Positions 1 to 8,757 are shown, counted from the stretch's first letter. The stretch is 64,000 bases of DNA from Eubacteriales bacterium (GCA_045596865.1 JAZODF010000074.1:24407-88406), one strand, 5' to 3'. Notes: generated from the sequence alone by a model not told the origin. Numbers and translations: made by a program.

Positions 1-29
1 CCCCAAAAAACCTATCTTTTATCTAAAAA

Positions 30-72
30 GGCGACCCCGTGTCAAATTTCACGGGGTCGCCTTGTGCTTTTT
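30..72. terminator. Bidirectional intrinsic terminator hairpin
   Basis: Perfect 12-bp stem GGCGACCCCGTG (30-41) / CACGGGGTCGCC (50-61) with an 8-nt loop. TTGTGCTTTTT follows on the + strand, and CTAAAAA precedes it (a T-run on the - strand). It lies just past the stop of the minus-strand AraC gene. Confidence 0.6.
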
Positions 73-132
73 ATTCTGATTTGCTTGCTGCCTGATTTTG
101 AAAAAATGCAAACTGCTATTTACATTTTGGCG

Positions 133-942
133 TTACTTGCCAACGCTCTCGCGGTATTCGGTCGGGGTCACGCCCGTGTGGTCGCGGAAAATGCGGTGGA
201 AGCTCGACTCGTTTCTGAACCCGCACAGGTGTGCCACCGTCATCACGGGGTCATCCGTCGTGCTTAAGCGTGCCTTTGCCTCGTCGATACGAAGCGCGTT
301 GATAAACGAGCGGAAGGACACCCCGGGAATCTGTGCGAAGCAGTTGGACACGTACTTCGGACTGAGGCCGAGCTCTTCCGCCACCGTTTCGAGCGTCACC
401 TGCTCGGTGTAATGGAAGGAAAGGAAGATAAGAATTTGTGCCAGGGTGTTGTCCGTGCCGACGGTCGCGGTGACGGGACAGGCGATGACGAACTCCGCGA
501 GAATGAGGTGAAGCGCCGCACGCGTACGGATGATTATCTCACGGTCGCGCTGCTCGTCGACGCCGCTCACGCTATGGCTTGAATAAAATCCGATCTCGGA
601 TAAAAACGCGGCAAGCGGCCTTGACGGCTTGAACACCACCGTGGTGCGCCTCGCGGTAAAATCGTCGTCGTCAATAAGTCCGCGGCGGAAAATGTAGGAG
701 GTGCGGCACACCGCCATCTTCACACGCTCGGGCGTGCTGTGGGAGCGAAGCGCCAGCGGCGGAATCACCACGATATCACCCGCCACGGCGGTCCACGTCC
801 TGCCGTTTACCGTGATCGCGAGCTCGCCCTCGGCGATGATATCAATCTCCAAAAACGGGTTTATCTGATTATCAGTATTGTACGCGCCGTCAATCCGCTC
901 GAAGCGAAGCACCGCGCGCCCCTCGTCTAGCCATTTTTCCAT
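133..942 (-). CDS. AraC/XylS-family transcriptional regulator (cupin-like sensor + double HTH)
   Basis: Track ORF 133..1251 trimmed to the ATG at 942 (MEKWLDEGRAVLRF...), which has GGAGG a few nt upstream. The C-terminus ...LGLSPKYVSNCFAQ...FRSFINALRIDEAKARL...AHLCGFRNESSFHRIFRDHTGVTPTEYR is a canonical AraC HTH pair. The discarded N-terminal extension overlaps the prfB 3' end and terminator. Confidence 0.85.
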   Translation of the reverse strand: MEKWLDEGRAVLRFERIDGAYNTDNQINPFLEIDIIAEGELAITVNGRTWTAVAGDIVVIPPLALRSHSTPERVKMAVCRTSYIFRRGLIDDDDFTARRTTVVFKPSRPLAAFLSEIGFYSSHSVSGVDEQRDREIIIRTRAALHLILAEFVIACPVTATVGTDNTLAQILIFLSFHYTEQVTLETVAEELGLSPKYVSNCFAQIPGVSFRSFINALRIDEAKARLSTTDDPVMTVAHLCGFRNESSFHRIFRDHTGVTPTEYRESVGK

Positions 943-1016
943 AAAACGACCTCCATGTGGACTATTCATAGCAAGTGTAACACATTTTTTTCGATTTGTC
1001 AAGAAAAATGATAAGA

Positions 1017-1046
1017 AGGTAAAAGGCCGACCTCTATCGGTCGGCC
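1017..1046 (-). terminator. Intrinsic terminator downstream of prfB
   Basis: Stem GGCCGACC (1025-1032) / GGTCGGCC (1039-1046). On the minus strand it is followed by TTTT (complement of 1021-1024). Confidence 0.55.
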
Positions 1047-1054
1047 CTTGTGTA

Positions 1055-2173
1055 TTACTTTTTCTCTGTTGCGGAAACGTGCTTGAGGTAGGCGTTGATA
1101 AACTCGTCGATGTTACCGTCCATAACCGAGTCAACGTTACCGTCCTCGTAGCCCGTGCGGGTATCCTTAACGAGGGTGTAGGGCATGAATACGTAGTTAC
1201 GGATCTGGCTACCCCACTCGATATTCGCCTTGTTGCCCTGGATATCCTCAATGTGGTCGAGCTTTTCGCGGATCTTGATCTCCATCAGCTTCGCCTTCAG
1301 CATTTTGAGCGCGGTCTCCTTGTTCTGCAGCTGGCTTCGCTCGGTCTGGCATCCGACGACGATGCCCGTCGGCTTGTGCACGATACGGATAGCCGAGTCG
1401 GTCTTGTTAATGTGCTGACCGCCCGCACCGCTCGAGCGGTGCGCCGTGATCTCGAGGTCCTCGTCACGGAGCTCGATGGTATCGTCGTCCTCGAACTCGG
1501 GCATGACCTCAACCGATGCGAAGGAGGTCTGTCGCCTGCCCGACGCGTCGAAGGGGGACACTCTTACAAGGCGGTGTACGCCGTTCTCGCTCTTCAAATA
1601 GCCGTATGCGTTCATACCCTCGATCATCACCGTCGCGCTCTTGAGACCCGCGGGGTCGCCGTCCAGCCACTCAATGAGCTTTACGGTAAATCCGCGCTTC
1701 TCCGCCCAACGGGTGTGCATGCGGTATAGCATAGACGCCCAGTCCTGCGCCTCGGTTCCGCCCGCACCGGGGTGGAAGGAGAGGATGGCGTTGTTCCTGT
1801 CGTACGGACCCGAGAGGAGCACCTCAATGCGCTTTCTCTCCGCCTCCGCCTCGATGTAATCGGTCTCCGAAACTACCTCCTCGACCGAGTCCTCGTCGTT
1901 CGCCTCGATCGCCATCTCGCAAAGCGCCATCGCGTCCTCAAGACGCGCACAAAGCTCCTCGTAGCTCTCGACCTTGTCCTTTAACTGCTTTATTTCACGA
2001 AGGATCCTGCTCGATCTTTCCGCATCGTTCCAGAAATCGCCAACCATCGTCTCTCGCTCGAGCTCGTTTGCGCGCTCACGCGCCTCCTCGATGCGTAGCT
2101 GGTTGCCGAGCTCGGATAGCACGTCCTCGAGCGCGATCAATCTTCTCTTCGATTCTTCAAGTGCAACTATCAT
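1055..2173 (-). CDS. prfB: Peptide chain release factor 2
   Basis: 372-aa ORF with the RF2-specific SPF tripeptide (RVSPFD) and the GGQ motif (SGAGGQHINKTDSAIR). It is full length in a single frame. Confidence 0.93.
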   Translation of the reverse strand: MIVALEESKRRLIALEDVLSELGNQLRIEEARERANELERETMVGDFWNDAERSSRILREIKQLKDKVESYEELCARLEDAMALCEMAIEANDEDSVEEVVSETDYIEAEAERKRIEVLLSGPYDRNNAILSFHPGAGGTEAQDWASMLYRMHTRWAEKRGFTVKLIEWLDGDPAGLKSATVMIEGMNAYGYLKSENGVHRLVRVSPFDASGRRQTSFASVEVMPEFEDDDTIELRDEDLEITAHRSSGAGGQHINKTDSAIRIVHKPTGIVVGCQTERSQLQNKETALKMLKAKLMEIKIREKLDHIEDIQGNKANIEWGSQIRNYVFMPYTLVKDTRTGYEDGNVDSVMDGNIDEFINAYLKHVSATEKK

Positions 2174-2317
2174 TTATCGTTCACCTTTCAAAAATGCGCA
2201 TATTTTCTCATTATAGTATATTGTACCATAAAATTATTAATTTGTAAATAGGAATTTGAAATTGCCCGTGAAAACGCCAAAAAATACCCCTTTTTCATTA
2301 GAATCCCACGGCAAGCC

Positions 2318-2346
2318 TTGCAATCGCCTTCCCCGTGTGATATAAT
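2318..2346 (+). promoter_or_regulatory. Sigma-A-type promoter for the tandem paralog pair
   Basis: TTGCAA (2318-2323), 17-nt spacer, TATAAT (2341-2346). It lies about 28 nt upstream of the ATG at 2374. Confidence 0.55.
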
Positions 2347-2373
2347 AAAAAAAGAAAATTTTGGAGGACCGCT

Positions 2374-3117
2374 ATGTTTGATCCGATTATTTCCACCGAT
2401 TCGCTTGACCTTGGCTACGAGCTCACACCCACCCTGCGCACAAGAATCCTGACGGAGTTTAAGCAGTTCCTTGAGCAAAGACCGCAAATGCTCGCCTCCA
2501 ACCCGAAATTCGCCGCAACCATCCACGCCATCGGTGAGGACGATCTCTCGCTCGGGGACACCGATTACGTTTACACCTACGGCTACGCCGTTGCACGGGG
2601 CTCTGCCACCGGCCACGCACAGCGGGACCCGAACGTGACGTCAAGCATTGAGTTCCCCGTCCAGACCGATCGCACCTATATGAGCGCGGAGAGCTCCCGG
2701 ATTGCGATTTACCCTCGATTCGGGGAGCAGGCAAAGAAGATGGGCCTTGATCCCTATTGGGAGGAGGGCTACATCGACCTTGCGAGGGCTAAGGCACAGA
2801 GGTACGCCGAGCTTCACTTCACCGCGCGGGGCTTCGTCTGCGACAAGAGCGATGTCGCCTGCGTTTTCTACTACCCGGAGCAAGACCCGATCGTCTATAA
2901 AAAATACCCGATCTACGCCAACGTGATGACGAAGGACGGGGCAAAGCGTCGCCTGCTCGGCTACTACGACGCGGAAAAGGACACCGTCGAATTTTTGAAG
3001 ATCGACCCACCCCCGAGCGCGAAGGAAAAGGCACGCGCCGTTTTGATAAAGCTCCTTATCGCCGCGGGCATCCTCGCCGCCGTTTGCGCACTCGGCTATT
3101 TCCTGTTTTTCAGATAA
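2374..3117 (+). CDS. Hypothetical tail-anchored membrane protein (paralog 1)
   Basis: 247 aa with a GGAGG RBS. It is clearly paralogous to the next ORF, sharing the blocks DSLxYELTPxLRxRIxxEFKQFLxxRPxMLxSNPKFAxTIHAIGEDDLSL and KYPIxAxVMTKxGxxxRxLGYYDAxKDTVEF. The C-terminal hydrophobic segment is LLIAAGILAAVCALGYFLFF. No family recognised. Confidence 0.7.
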   Translation: MFDPIISTDSLDLGYELTPTLRTRILTEFKQFLEQRPQMLASNPKFAATIHAIGEDDLSLGDTDYVYTYGYAVARGSATGHAQRDPNVTSSIEFPVQTDRTYMSAESSRIAIYPRFGEQAKKMGLDPYWEEGYIDLARAKAQRYAELHFTARGFVCDKSDVACVFYYPEQDPIVYKKYPIYANVMTKDGAKRRLLGYYDAEKDTVEFLKIDPPPSAKEKARAVLIKLLIAAGILAAVCALGYFLFFR

Positions 3118-3165
3118 ACCACTAATTAAGCAACTACATAAACAAGCAATTTTAGGAGGACCGTT

Positions 3166-3900
3166 ATGCTTAATCCAATTGTTCCCATCGATTCCGACTC
3201 CCTCAAATACGAGCTCACCCCCGAGCTGCGCAGCAGGATTATGAAGGAATTCAAGCAATTCCTGAAGGAAAGACCTTCTATGCTCACCTCGAATCCAAAA
3301 TTTGCCGAAACTATCCACGCCATCGGCGAGGATGACCTCTCGCTCGCCGAGACCAACTTCGCGTACGTCCGTGGATATACGCAGGGCGAGGTCAGGGGAA
3401 GGGGTCATAGCCGGTATGATTCCGGCGCGGTTAACACGATTGACCTCGACTTCAAGAGCGAGGAGTTCTATATGAGCGCCGAGAGGGATTCCTACGCCCC
3501 CTTTGAAAAGTTCGAGAAGGTAGCGGCAGAGATTGACCTCAAACCCTATTGGCCCGGTACTGCCGACGGACTTGCCTCCACTACGTCGAAAAAGCTTTGT
3601 CAGGAGGTGTTCTCTGCGAACAAATACGAGTATGAAAGCAGCACCATCACCACCTGGGAGTTCATTCAGACGGGTCGCGTTATCGTGTATAACAAGTACC
3701 CCATCAACGCAAAGGTAATGACGAAGAAGGGAATGTCCTCGCGTACCCTCGGCTACTACGATGCCGTGAAGGACACCGTGGAGTTCCACGAGATCAGAGT
3801 GCCGCTCACCGGCGCACAGAAGGCTCGAAAAATCGCAATCGGACTTCTCGTTGCCGCCGCAGTTGCCGCGGTCATCCTCCTGCTCACCAAGCTTCTTTAA
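3166..3900 (+). CDS. Hypothetical tail-anchored membrane protein (paralog 2)
   Basis: 244 aa. The RBS context is nearly identical to paralog 1 (TTTTAGGAGGACCGTTATG versus TTTTGGAGGACCGCTATG). The same conserved blocks are present. The C-terminal TM segment is IAIGLLVAAAVAAVILLLTKLL. Confidence 0.7.
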   Translation: MLNPIVPIDSDSLKYELTPELRSRIMKEFKQFLKERPSMLTSNPKFAETIHAIGEDDLSLAETNFAYVRGYTQGEVRGRGHSRYDSGAVNTIDLDFKSEEFYMSAERDSYAPFEKFEKVAAEIDLKPYWPGTADGLASTTSKKLCQEVFSANKYEYESSTITTWEFIQTGRVIVYNKYPINAKVMTKKGMSSRTLGYYDAVKDTVEFHEIRVPLTGAQKARKIAIGLLVAAAVAAVILLLTKLL

Positions 3901-3907
3901 CCCAAGA

Positions 3908-3931
3908 GGGACCGCTCACCGCGGTCCCTTT
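3908..3931 (+). terminator. Probable terminator after paralog 2
   Basis: Stem GGGACCGC (3908-3915) / GCGGTCCC (3921-3928) followed by TTTGCTATT, a weak T-run. Confidence 0.4.
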
Positions 3932-3972
3932 GCTATTGCCCGTATTTTGCCTGTTGTAAATTTTATCCCCCT

Positions 3973-4001
3973 ATTGATTTTTATAAATTAATGTGCTATA
4001 C
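3973..4001 (+). promoter_or_regulatory. Sigma-A-type promoter (extended -10)
   Basis: TTGATT (3973-3978), 17-nt spacer ending in TGTGC, TATACT (3996-4001). It lies upstream of the DUF1858-trmK-nif3 genes. Confidence 0.55.
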
Positions 4002-4036
4002 TAAGACAGTAAAAAAACACGAAAGGTGAAAATAAA

Positions 4037-4237
4037 ATGAAGGTTACCAAGGATACTCTTATCGGCGATATTCTCGACTACGACGTTGAGACCGCGCGCT
4101 TCTTCTTCGAGATTGGTATGCACTGCCTCGGCTGCCCGCACTCCCGCGGTGAGTCCATCGAGGAGGCCTGCCTCGTTCACGGCACCAACGCCGACGAGCT
4201 CGTTGCGAAGATCAACGCATACCTCGCATCGAAATAA
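4037..4237 (+). CDS. DUF1858-type small redox-disulfide domain protein (hybrid-cluster-protein-associated type)
   Basis: 66 aa: MKVTKDTLIGDILDYD...FFEIGMHCLGCPHSRGESIEEAC..HG. The HCxGCP motif and the size match the DUF1858 family. Confidence 0.75.
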   Translation: MKVTKDTLIGDILDYDVETARFFFEIGMHCLGCPHSRGESIEEACLVHGTNADELVAKINAYLASK

Positions 4238-4929
4238 TGACGAATACGACACTTGACGCGCGACTCTCCTGTGCCGCGTCCTTCGTCAGGGTGGGTGCCG
4301 TCCTTGCCGATATCGGCACCGACCACGGCTACCTGCCCATTTTTCTTCTCTCGCGTGGCGTGATCGAGCGCGCCGTGCTCTGTGACGTCAACTCGGGTCC
4401 GCTTGCCTCCGCGCGTGAAAACGTCGGTGCGGCGGGGCTCCTCTCGCGGTGTGAATTCGTCCTCACCGACGGCGCCGCGGCACTTGACGGGCGGGGGATT
4501 ACCGATTACACCGTCTGCGGCATGGGTGGCGAGCTTATCGCCGACATCATCGACCGCGCGCCGCACCTGTTCGACCCTGCCGTGCGACTTATCCTCCAGC
4601 CGATGACCCGTGTCGAGCGCCTGCGCCCCTACCTCTGTTCCCACGGCTTTGAAATCCTTGAGGAGAGGTATTCCTTTGCCGACGGCAAGTATTACGTCTG
4701 CCTCCTCGTGGCCTTTGGTGGCACCCCGTGTGAAATTTCCGACGAGCTTGCCTACCTCGGCGCCGACCTTGTGCACGAGGGCGACATGGAAGAGTACCTC
4801 GGGTATCTTGAAGCACGCAAAAGGAGCCTTGAGCGCGCATATAACGGAAAGCTGAAATCCGGCGAAAAGGATAGGAAAATCGAACACATCCTCCGACTTA
4901 TCGATAAAAGAATAGAAAAACATACATAA
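4237..4929 (+). CDS. trmK: tRNA (adenine22-N1)-methyltransferase TrmK family
   Basis: 230 aa. The N-terminus ...RLSCAASFVRVGAVLADIGTDHGYLPIFLL matches the TrmK/YqfN SAM-binding start. The start overlaps the previous stop (TAATG). A Nif3 gene follows, as in the Bacillus yqfN-yqfO pair. Confidence 0.8.
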   Translation: MTNTTLDARLSCAASFVRVGAVLADIGTDHGYLPIFLLSRGVIERAVLCDVNSGPLASARENVGAAGLLSRCEFVLTDGAAALDGRGITDYTVCGMGGELIADIIDRAPHLFDPAVRLILQPMTRVERLRPYLCSHGFEILEERYSFADGKYYVCLLVAFGGTPCEISDELAYLGADLVHEGDMEEYLGYLEARKRSLERAYNGKLKSGEKDRKIEHILRLIDKRIEKHT

Positions 4930-4954
4930 AGAAAAGCAAAGAAAGGTTTACAAA

Positions 4955-5716
4955 ATGACAGTCAGGGAAATATACGACGCATTAAACGAGCGCATACCCG
5001 AAGCACTTCGTGAGCCTTGGGACAACGACGGCCTTATGTGCGCGCCCGACGATACCATTGAGGTGCGCCGCGCACTCGTCGCCTTGGACGTTACCGAGGA
5101 CATCGTTGACTACGCCATATCAAACGATATTGATCTCATCCTCTCCCATCACCCCCTCATCTTCAAGCCCGTCGCCTCTATTCACGAGGACGATCACGTC
5201 GCACGCAAGCTGATAAAGCTCATTAAAAACGACGTCGCGGTCATCTCCTTCCACACCCGCGCCGACAAGGTCGAGGGCGGGGTAAACGACCTCCTCTGCG
5301 ACATCCTCAGCATCCGTAACGCCACCCCCTTCGGCGACGGCGACCTCGGCAGGATCGGCGACCTCGACGAGGAGCTGAATATGGAGGATTTCTCCTACCT
5401 CTTAAAGGGTCTGCTTGATTGCGACGGCGTGAAGGTCGCCGACGCTTGCATCCCCGTTGGCAGGGTTGCGGTTGTCGGTGGCGACGGTAAAAGCTACATC
5501 CCCGCCGCCCTCGCTGCGGGCGCCGACACCTTCGTGTCGGGCAGAATCGGCTACAACACGATGATCGAGGCATCCGAAATGGGCATCAACCTCCTCGAGG
5601 CGGGCCACTTCTTCACCGAGCACCCCGTCACCTCCTTCTTCCAGTCGCTCCTTCACCGACTCGACCGTGATATGTATATTGAGATCAGGCAATCGAACAA
5701 CATCAGATTGATATAA
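4955..5716 (+). CDS. Nif3-like dinuclear metal center protein (YqfO/GTP cyclohydrolase 1 type 2 homolog family)
   Basis: 253 aa. Motifs are ALDVTEDIVDYAISNDIDLILSHHPLIF, ISFHTRADK and LLEAGHFFTEHP, which are typical Nif3 metal-ligand His blocks. Confidence 0.85.
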   Translation: MTVREIYDALNERIPEALREPWDNDGLMCAPDDTIEVRRALVALDVTEDIVDYAISNDIDLILSHHPLIFKPVASIHEDDHVARKLIKLIKNDVAVISFHTRADKVEGGVNDLLCDILSIRNATPFGDGDLGRIGDLDEELNMEDFSYLLKGLLDCDGVKVADACIPVGRVAVVGGDGKSYIPAALAAGADTFVSGRIGYNTMIEASEMGINLLEAGHFFTEHPVTSFFQSLLHRLDRDMYIEIRQSNNIRLI

Positions 5717-5738
5717 CCTCCTACCCGTGTAAAATTAA

Positions 5739-5773
5739 ACCCGTCCTCTCATTAAATTGAGGACGGGTTTTTC
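5739..5773 (+). terminator. Intrinsic terminator after the nif3-like gene
   Basis: Stem ACCCGTCCTC (5739-5748) / GAGGACGGGT (5759-5768), 10-nt loop, then TTTTT. Confidence 0.7.
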
Positions 5774-5862
5774 TTCTGTTAATGTAAATAACTGTTTGCG
5801 TTTATAAATTGACGGGCGTCGCTCGTGGGGCCCTTGTTGCCACGGTGATTTTGCAATATTTG

Positions 5863-7563
5863 TTACCGCTTGGTGAATTTAAGGGTGGTCTCGAGCTCGA
5901 AGCAAGCGCCGTGACCCTTCGAGATAACCGCAATCGCGTAGTCGATTTTGTTCTCGTCGTTCATCACGGGGATGAGGCTCGTGCTCATCGGCCGCGAGGA
6001 CTCGATTTCGGTGTGGACCCCGTGCGTCAGGCGCTCGATACGGCTCTCGCTCGGCTGATGGACGTCGGCGCGCGCGGTCAGTATGCGCGACTCCCACGCC
6101 ATTTTGCGGCTCGCCGTTACACGGTCGGTTATGGTGACGGCATCCTCCGCGATGGCAATCCTTCTTTGCCACTCGTACCCGTCCTTTCCCTCGCGGACAC
6201 GGATGCTGAACGCGATTATTCCGCTCGGGTCAAACTCGGTGATCTCGCTCGTCATATCTATACCGCCATCGGGGTAGCTGAACTCGGGGGTGAACAGTAT
6301 GCTGTGCGTTCTCGGATCGCGTAAATGCCAATACAGCTCCCAGCGGTCGTATGAGCAACAGCCGCCGTCAACGATTATCGGCTCGTTGCCGTAGAATAGC
6401 AGTAGCTCGGGTCGCGCGCCGTGGTGATGTCCGCCGCGATAATCCATCGCATCTGCATACAGGGTGATATCCCCGCACCGCAAAACCGCGGTCTTGCTCT
6501 CTCTGAAATGCCTGCTCGTCCGCTCGCGTGGAAAATCGATCTGTAACAGCCGCTCGGCGCGTGCAAGGTCGGCGAGTGCATCCATCCCGTAGGAATCCGA
6601 GATTCTTGCCGTCCGTCCCGCGGGCGTTGCAAAATTATATAGCCACTCGTATTGCTTGACGATACTCTCGCGTAGTCCCGCCGGTGGCTCCATGCCGTTG
6701 TTTTTGAGGAGCAGATACGCCTCGAGGTAAAGCCGCACGATAAAGTGCCCGTAGGACGGGCTGTCCTCGTCGGATGCCCCGTCGGGGTATATGGCACGCA
6801 TGTTCATCTTAAGCGTGTCGGTGCCGATGGCGAGCAGCTCCTCGGCGCGTGGCAGCTCGGGGAACATTACCGCCGCCATTATGAGCACGACGCCAATCTG
6901 CAGGACGTGATTTTGTGCGAGGCCGCGCCTGATCCTGTCCTCCGCTTCCTCGTAAAGGTGTGAGGTGTGGGTGGCGAGCAGGGCGTAAAGGTATTCCCAC
7001 TCCTCGCGGCTGAACGGCGCATCCTCCAGCATAAACAGGCCGTGGAGCAGGGACATCGTGCGCCACGCCACCTGCATATCCCGCCACACCATATCGGTCT
7101 GCAGGTAATGCACCTCGGGGTCGAAGGGCTGATACGGGTGCGCGTCTGCCCATCCGCGAACTATCTCGAGCCAACGGCGCGCATACCGCTCCTCCCCCGT
7201 CCGTAAAAATGCGTGTGCGACGGGTATCGTCATATACAGCCTCTGCGGCCATATCTGCCACTCGTATTTCTTCCTGAAGCCCGTTCCCTCCGTGTAGGCG
7301 AAGGACCGCTCCCAATTGTACTCGCCGCCGTTTTGAAACTCGTGGAAAAGCTCGCCCGACATCGTCAGCTCGAGCATGCGCTCGCCTGAATTTGACCCAA
7401 ACCGATCGAGCATCAGCTGGGACGCACCCCCATCAAGGACGAGGTAGGGAAAGATATCCTCGCCCATCAGCTCCTCTCGCGGATATGCGTAGTGTGTGAC
7501 CCGCCTCTGCCCGAAAATCTCGGTGGCGTAGGGCTTCGTGTACTCGGTGCCGTGCCTCTTCAT
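5863..7563 (-). CDS. Heparinase II/III-like (alginate-lyase-fold) protein, no signal peptide
   Basis: 566 aa with AAGGAGG RBS. The N-terminal alpha/alpha-toroid region reads ...WADAHPYQPFDPEVHYLQTDMVWRDMQVAWRTMSLLHG. The C-terminal heparinase II/III-type block reads ...YADAMDYRGGHHHGARPELLLFYGNEPIIVDGG. Confidence 0.7.
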   Translation of the reverse strand: MKRHGTEYTKPYATEIFGQRRVTHYAYPREELMGEDIFPYLVLDGGASQLMLDRFGSNSGERMLELTMSGELFHEFQNGGEYNWERSFAYTEGTGFRKKYEWQIWPQRLYMTIPVAHAFLRTGEERYARRWLEIVRGWADAHPYQPFDPEVHYLQTDMVWRDMQVAWRTMSLLHGLFMLEDAPFSREEWEYLYALLATHTSHLYEEAEDRIRRGLAQNHVLQIGVVLIMAAVMFPELPRAEELLAIGTDTLKMNMRAIYPDGASDEDSPSYGHFIVRLYLEAYLLLKNNGMEPPAGLRESIVKQYEWLYNFATPAGRTARISDSYGMDALADLARAERLLQIDFPRERTSRHFRESKTAVLRCGDITLYADAMDYRGGHHHGARPELLLFYGNEPIIVDGGCCSYDRWELYWHLRDPRTHSILFTPEFSYPDGGIDMTSEITEFDPSGIIAFSIRVREGKDGYEWQRRIAIAEDAVTITDRVTASRKMAWESRILTARADVHQPSESRIERLTHGVHTEIESSRPMSTSLIPVMNDENKIDYAIAVISKGHGACFELETTLKFTKR

Positions 7564-7601
7564 TTCGTTTCCTCCTTCGCGCTCACGCGTGATACAATCT
7601 A

Positions 7602-7630
7602 ATGATATATCTTCACGCCCGCTTTGTCAA
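7602..7630 (-). promoter_or_regulatory. Sigma-A-type promoter for the heparinase-like gene
   Basis: On the minus strand: TTGACA (complement of 7625-7630), 17-nt spacer, TATCAT (complement of 7602-7607). It lies about 40 nt upstream of the ATG at 7563. Confidence 0.55.
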
Positions 7631-7681
7631 GGGGGGCGGGTCGGAAATTGCCGTAAATTAACACGGGGTGCCCTTAACTTT

Positions 7682-7800
7682 GCCGCCTGTTCTCACCTCG
7701 CACTTGCCGCTTACCCCGCGCCGCCTGTTCTCACCTCGCACCTGCCGCTTATCCTGCGCCGCCTGTTCTCACCTCGCACCTGCCGCTTACCCCCGCCGCC
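7682..7800. repeat. 38-bp tandem repeat x3 plus a partial fourth
   Basis: Units start at 7682, 7720 and 7758 (GCCGCCTGTTCTCACCTCGCAC[T/C]TGCCGCTTA[C/T]CC[C/T]GC). A partial fourth unit forms the last codons and stop of dapA. Confidence 0.9.
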
Positions 7801-8680
7801 TTGCCTCGTATTCGTCCATCGCGCGGTCGATTTTTCGGCGGCTCCGCTCGGTCGGCAGCCACATCGGCAGTCGCATCTCAGGCGAGCAAAGGCCCGCCTG
7901 AGCCATCGCGTATTTGACGGGTGCGGGATTGGTCTCGAGGAACAGGGCTTTTACGATACCCCCCAACCCGTGTTGAATTTCGCGCGCCGCGCGGTAATTC
8001 TTTGCAAAGAATTGTTTACATATCTCTACGGTGTCCTCGGGGTACAGATTCGACACCACAGATATCACCCCCGCACCCCCGAGGGCAAGGGTAGTGTATA
8101 TCATCGCATCCGCCCCTGTGTAAAGGGGCAGCCGCGCGGCAATCTCCGACAGCTGTGCGAGGCGCTCGGCGCTGTCCCCCGCCTCCTTTATCCCTGCGAC
8201 GGCGGGTATGCGGGATAGCCGCCGTACCAGCTCCATGTCGAGGTTCACCCCCGTGCGCGAGGGGACGTTGTATAGGATCATCGGCATCCCGACCTCCTCC
8301 GCTATCGCACGGTAGTGGCGGTATATCCCCTCGCGCGTGCCTTTGTTGTAATAGGGTGTCACCACCAGCGCTCCGTCCGCGCCCACCTCTCTTGCAAGGC
8401 GGGTGTAGCCTATTGCCCGCCGCGTGTCCGCAGAACCCGTCCCGAGGATGAGGCACACCCGCCCACGCGTCATATCCCGCACCCGCCGATACAGCTCGGC
8501 GCGCTCCCCGTCGGTGAGGGTCGCCGCCTCGCCCGTCGTGCCCGCGGCAACGATTGCCTGTGCCCCCGCCGCTATCTGCCGCTCGACGAGATTGCCGAGC
8601 GTCCCATAATCAATCTCGCCGTCCCTAAACGGGGTGACGATGGCGGTCCCCACCCCCGTGAAAATTGCCGTTTTCTTCAT
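7787..8680 (-). CDS. dapA: 4-hydroxy-tetrahydrodipicolinate synthase
   Basis: 297 aa. DapA signature blocks are GTTGEAATLT, TPYYNK, LYNVPSRTG (substrate Arg) and AGIKEAGD (Schiff-base Lys). Confidence 0.8.
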   Translation of the reverse strand: MKKTAIFTGVGTAIVTPFRDGEIDYGTLGNLVERQIAAGAQAIVAAGTTGEAATLTDGERAELYRRVRDMTRGRVCLILGTGSADTRRAIGYTRLAREVGADGALVVTPYYNKGTREGIYRHYRAIAEEVGMPMILYNVPSRTGVNLDMELVRRLSRIPAVAGIKEAGDSAERLAQLSEIAARLPLYTGADAMIYTTLALGGAGVISVVSNLYPEDTVEICKQFFAKNYRAAREIQHGLGGIVKALFLETNPAPVKYAMAQAGLCSPEMRLPMWLPTERSRRKIDRAMDEYEARRRG

Positions 8681-8728
8681 TCTTGCTCCTCACTCCCTCG
8701 CGACACGCGCGAAAATTTTGCGCGCCCC

Positions 8729-8757
8729 TTGAATTTACGCGCGCAATGTGCTATCAT
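8729..8757 (+). promoter_or_regulatory. Sigma-A-type promoter for queA
   Basis: TTGAAT (8729-8734), 17-nt spacer ending in TGTGC, TATCAT (8752-8757). Confidence 0.55.

Noticed and set aside
1055-2173. Programmed +1 frameshift site in prfB (CTT TGA C autoregulatory motif)
   Set aside because: The RF2 ORF is full length (372 aa) in one frame from its ATG, and the N-terminal region aligns without interruption. This prfB appears to be a frameshift-independent type. It is noted but not unusual enough to be a finding.
7682-7800. Possible CRISPR array (regular direct repeats)
   Set aside because: The units are contiguous, a pure 38-bp tandem repeat with no unique spacers. There are only about 3 copies, and there are no cas genes anywhere in the window. 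The same reasoning applies to the 58-bp, 53-bp and 43-bp repeats.
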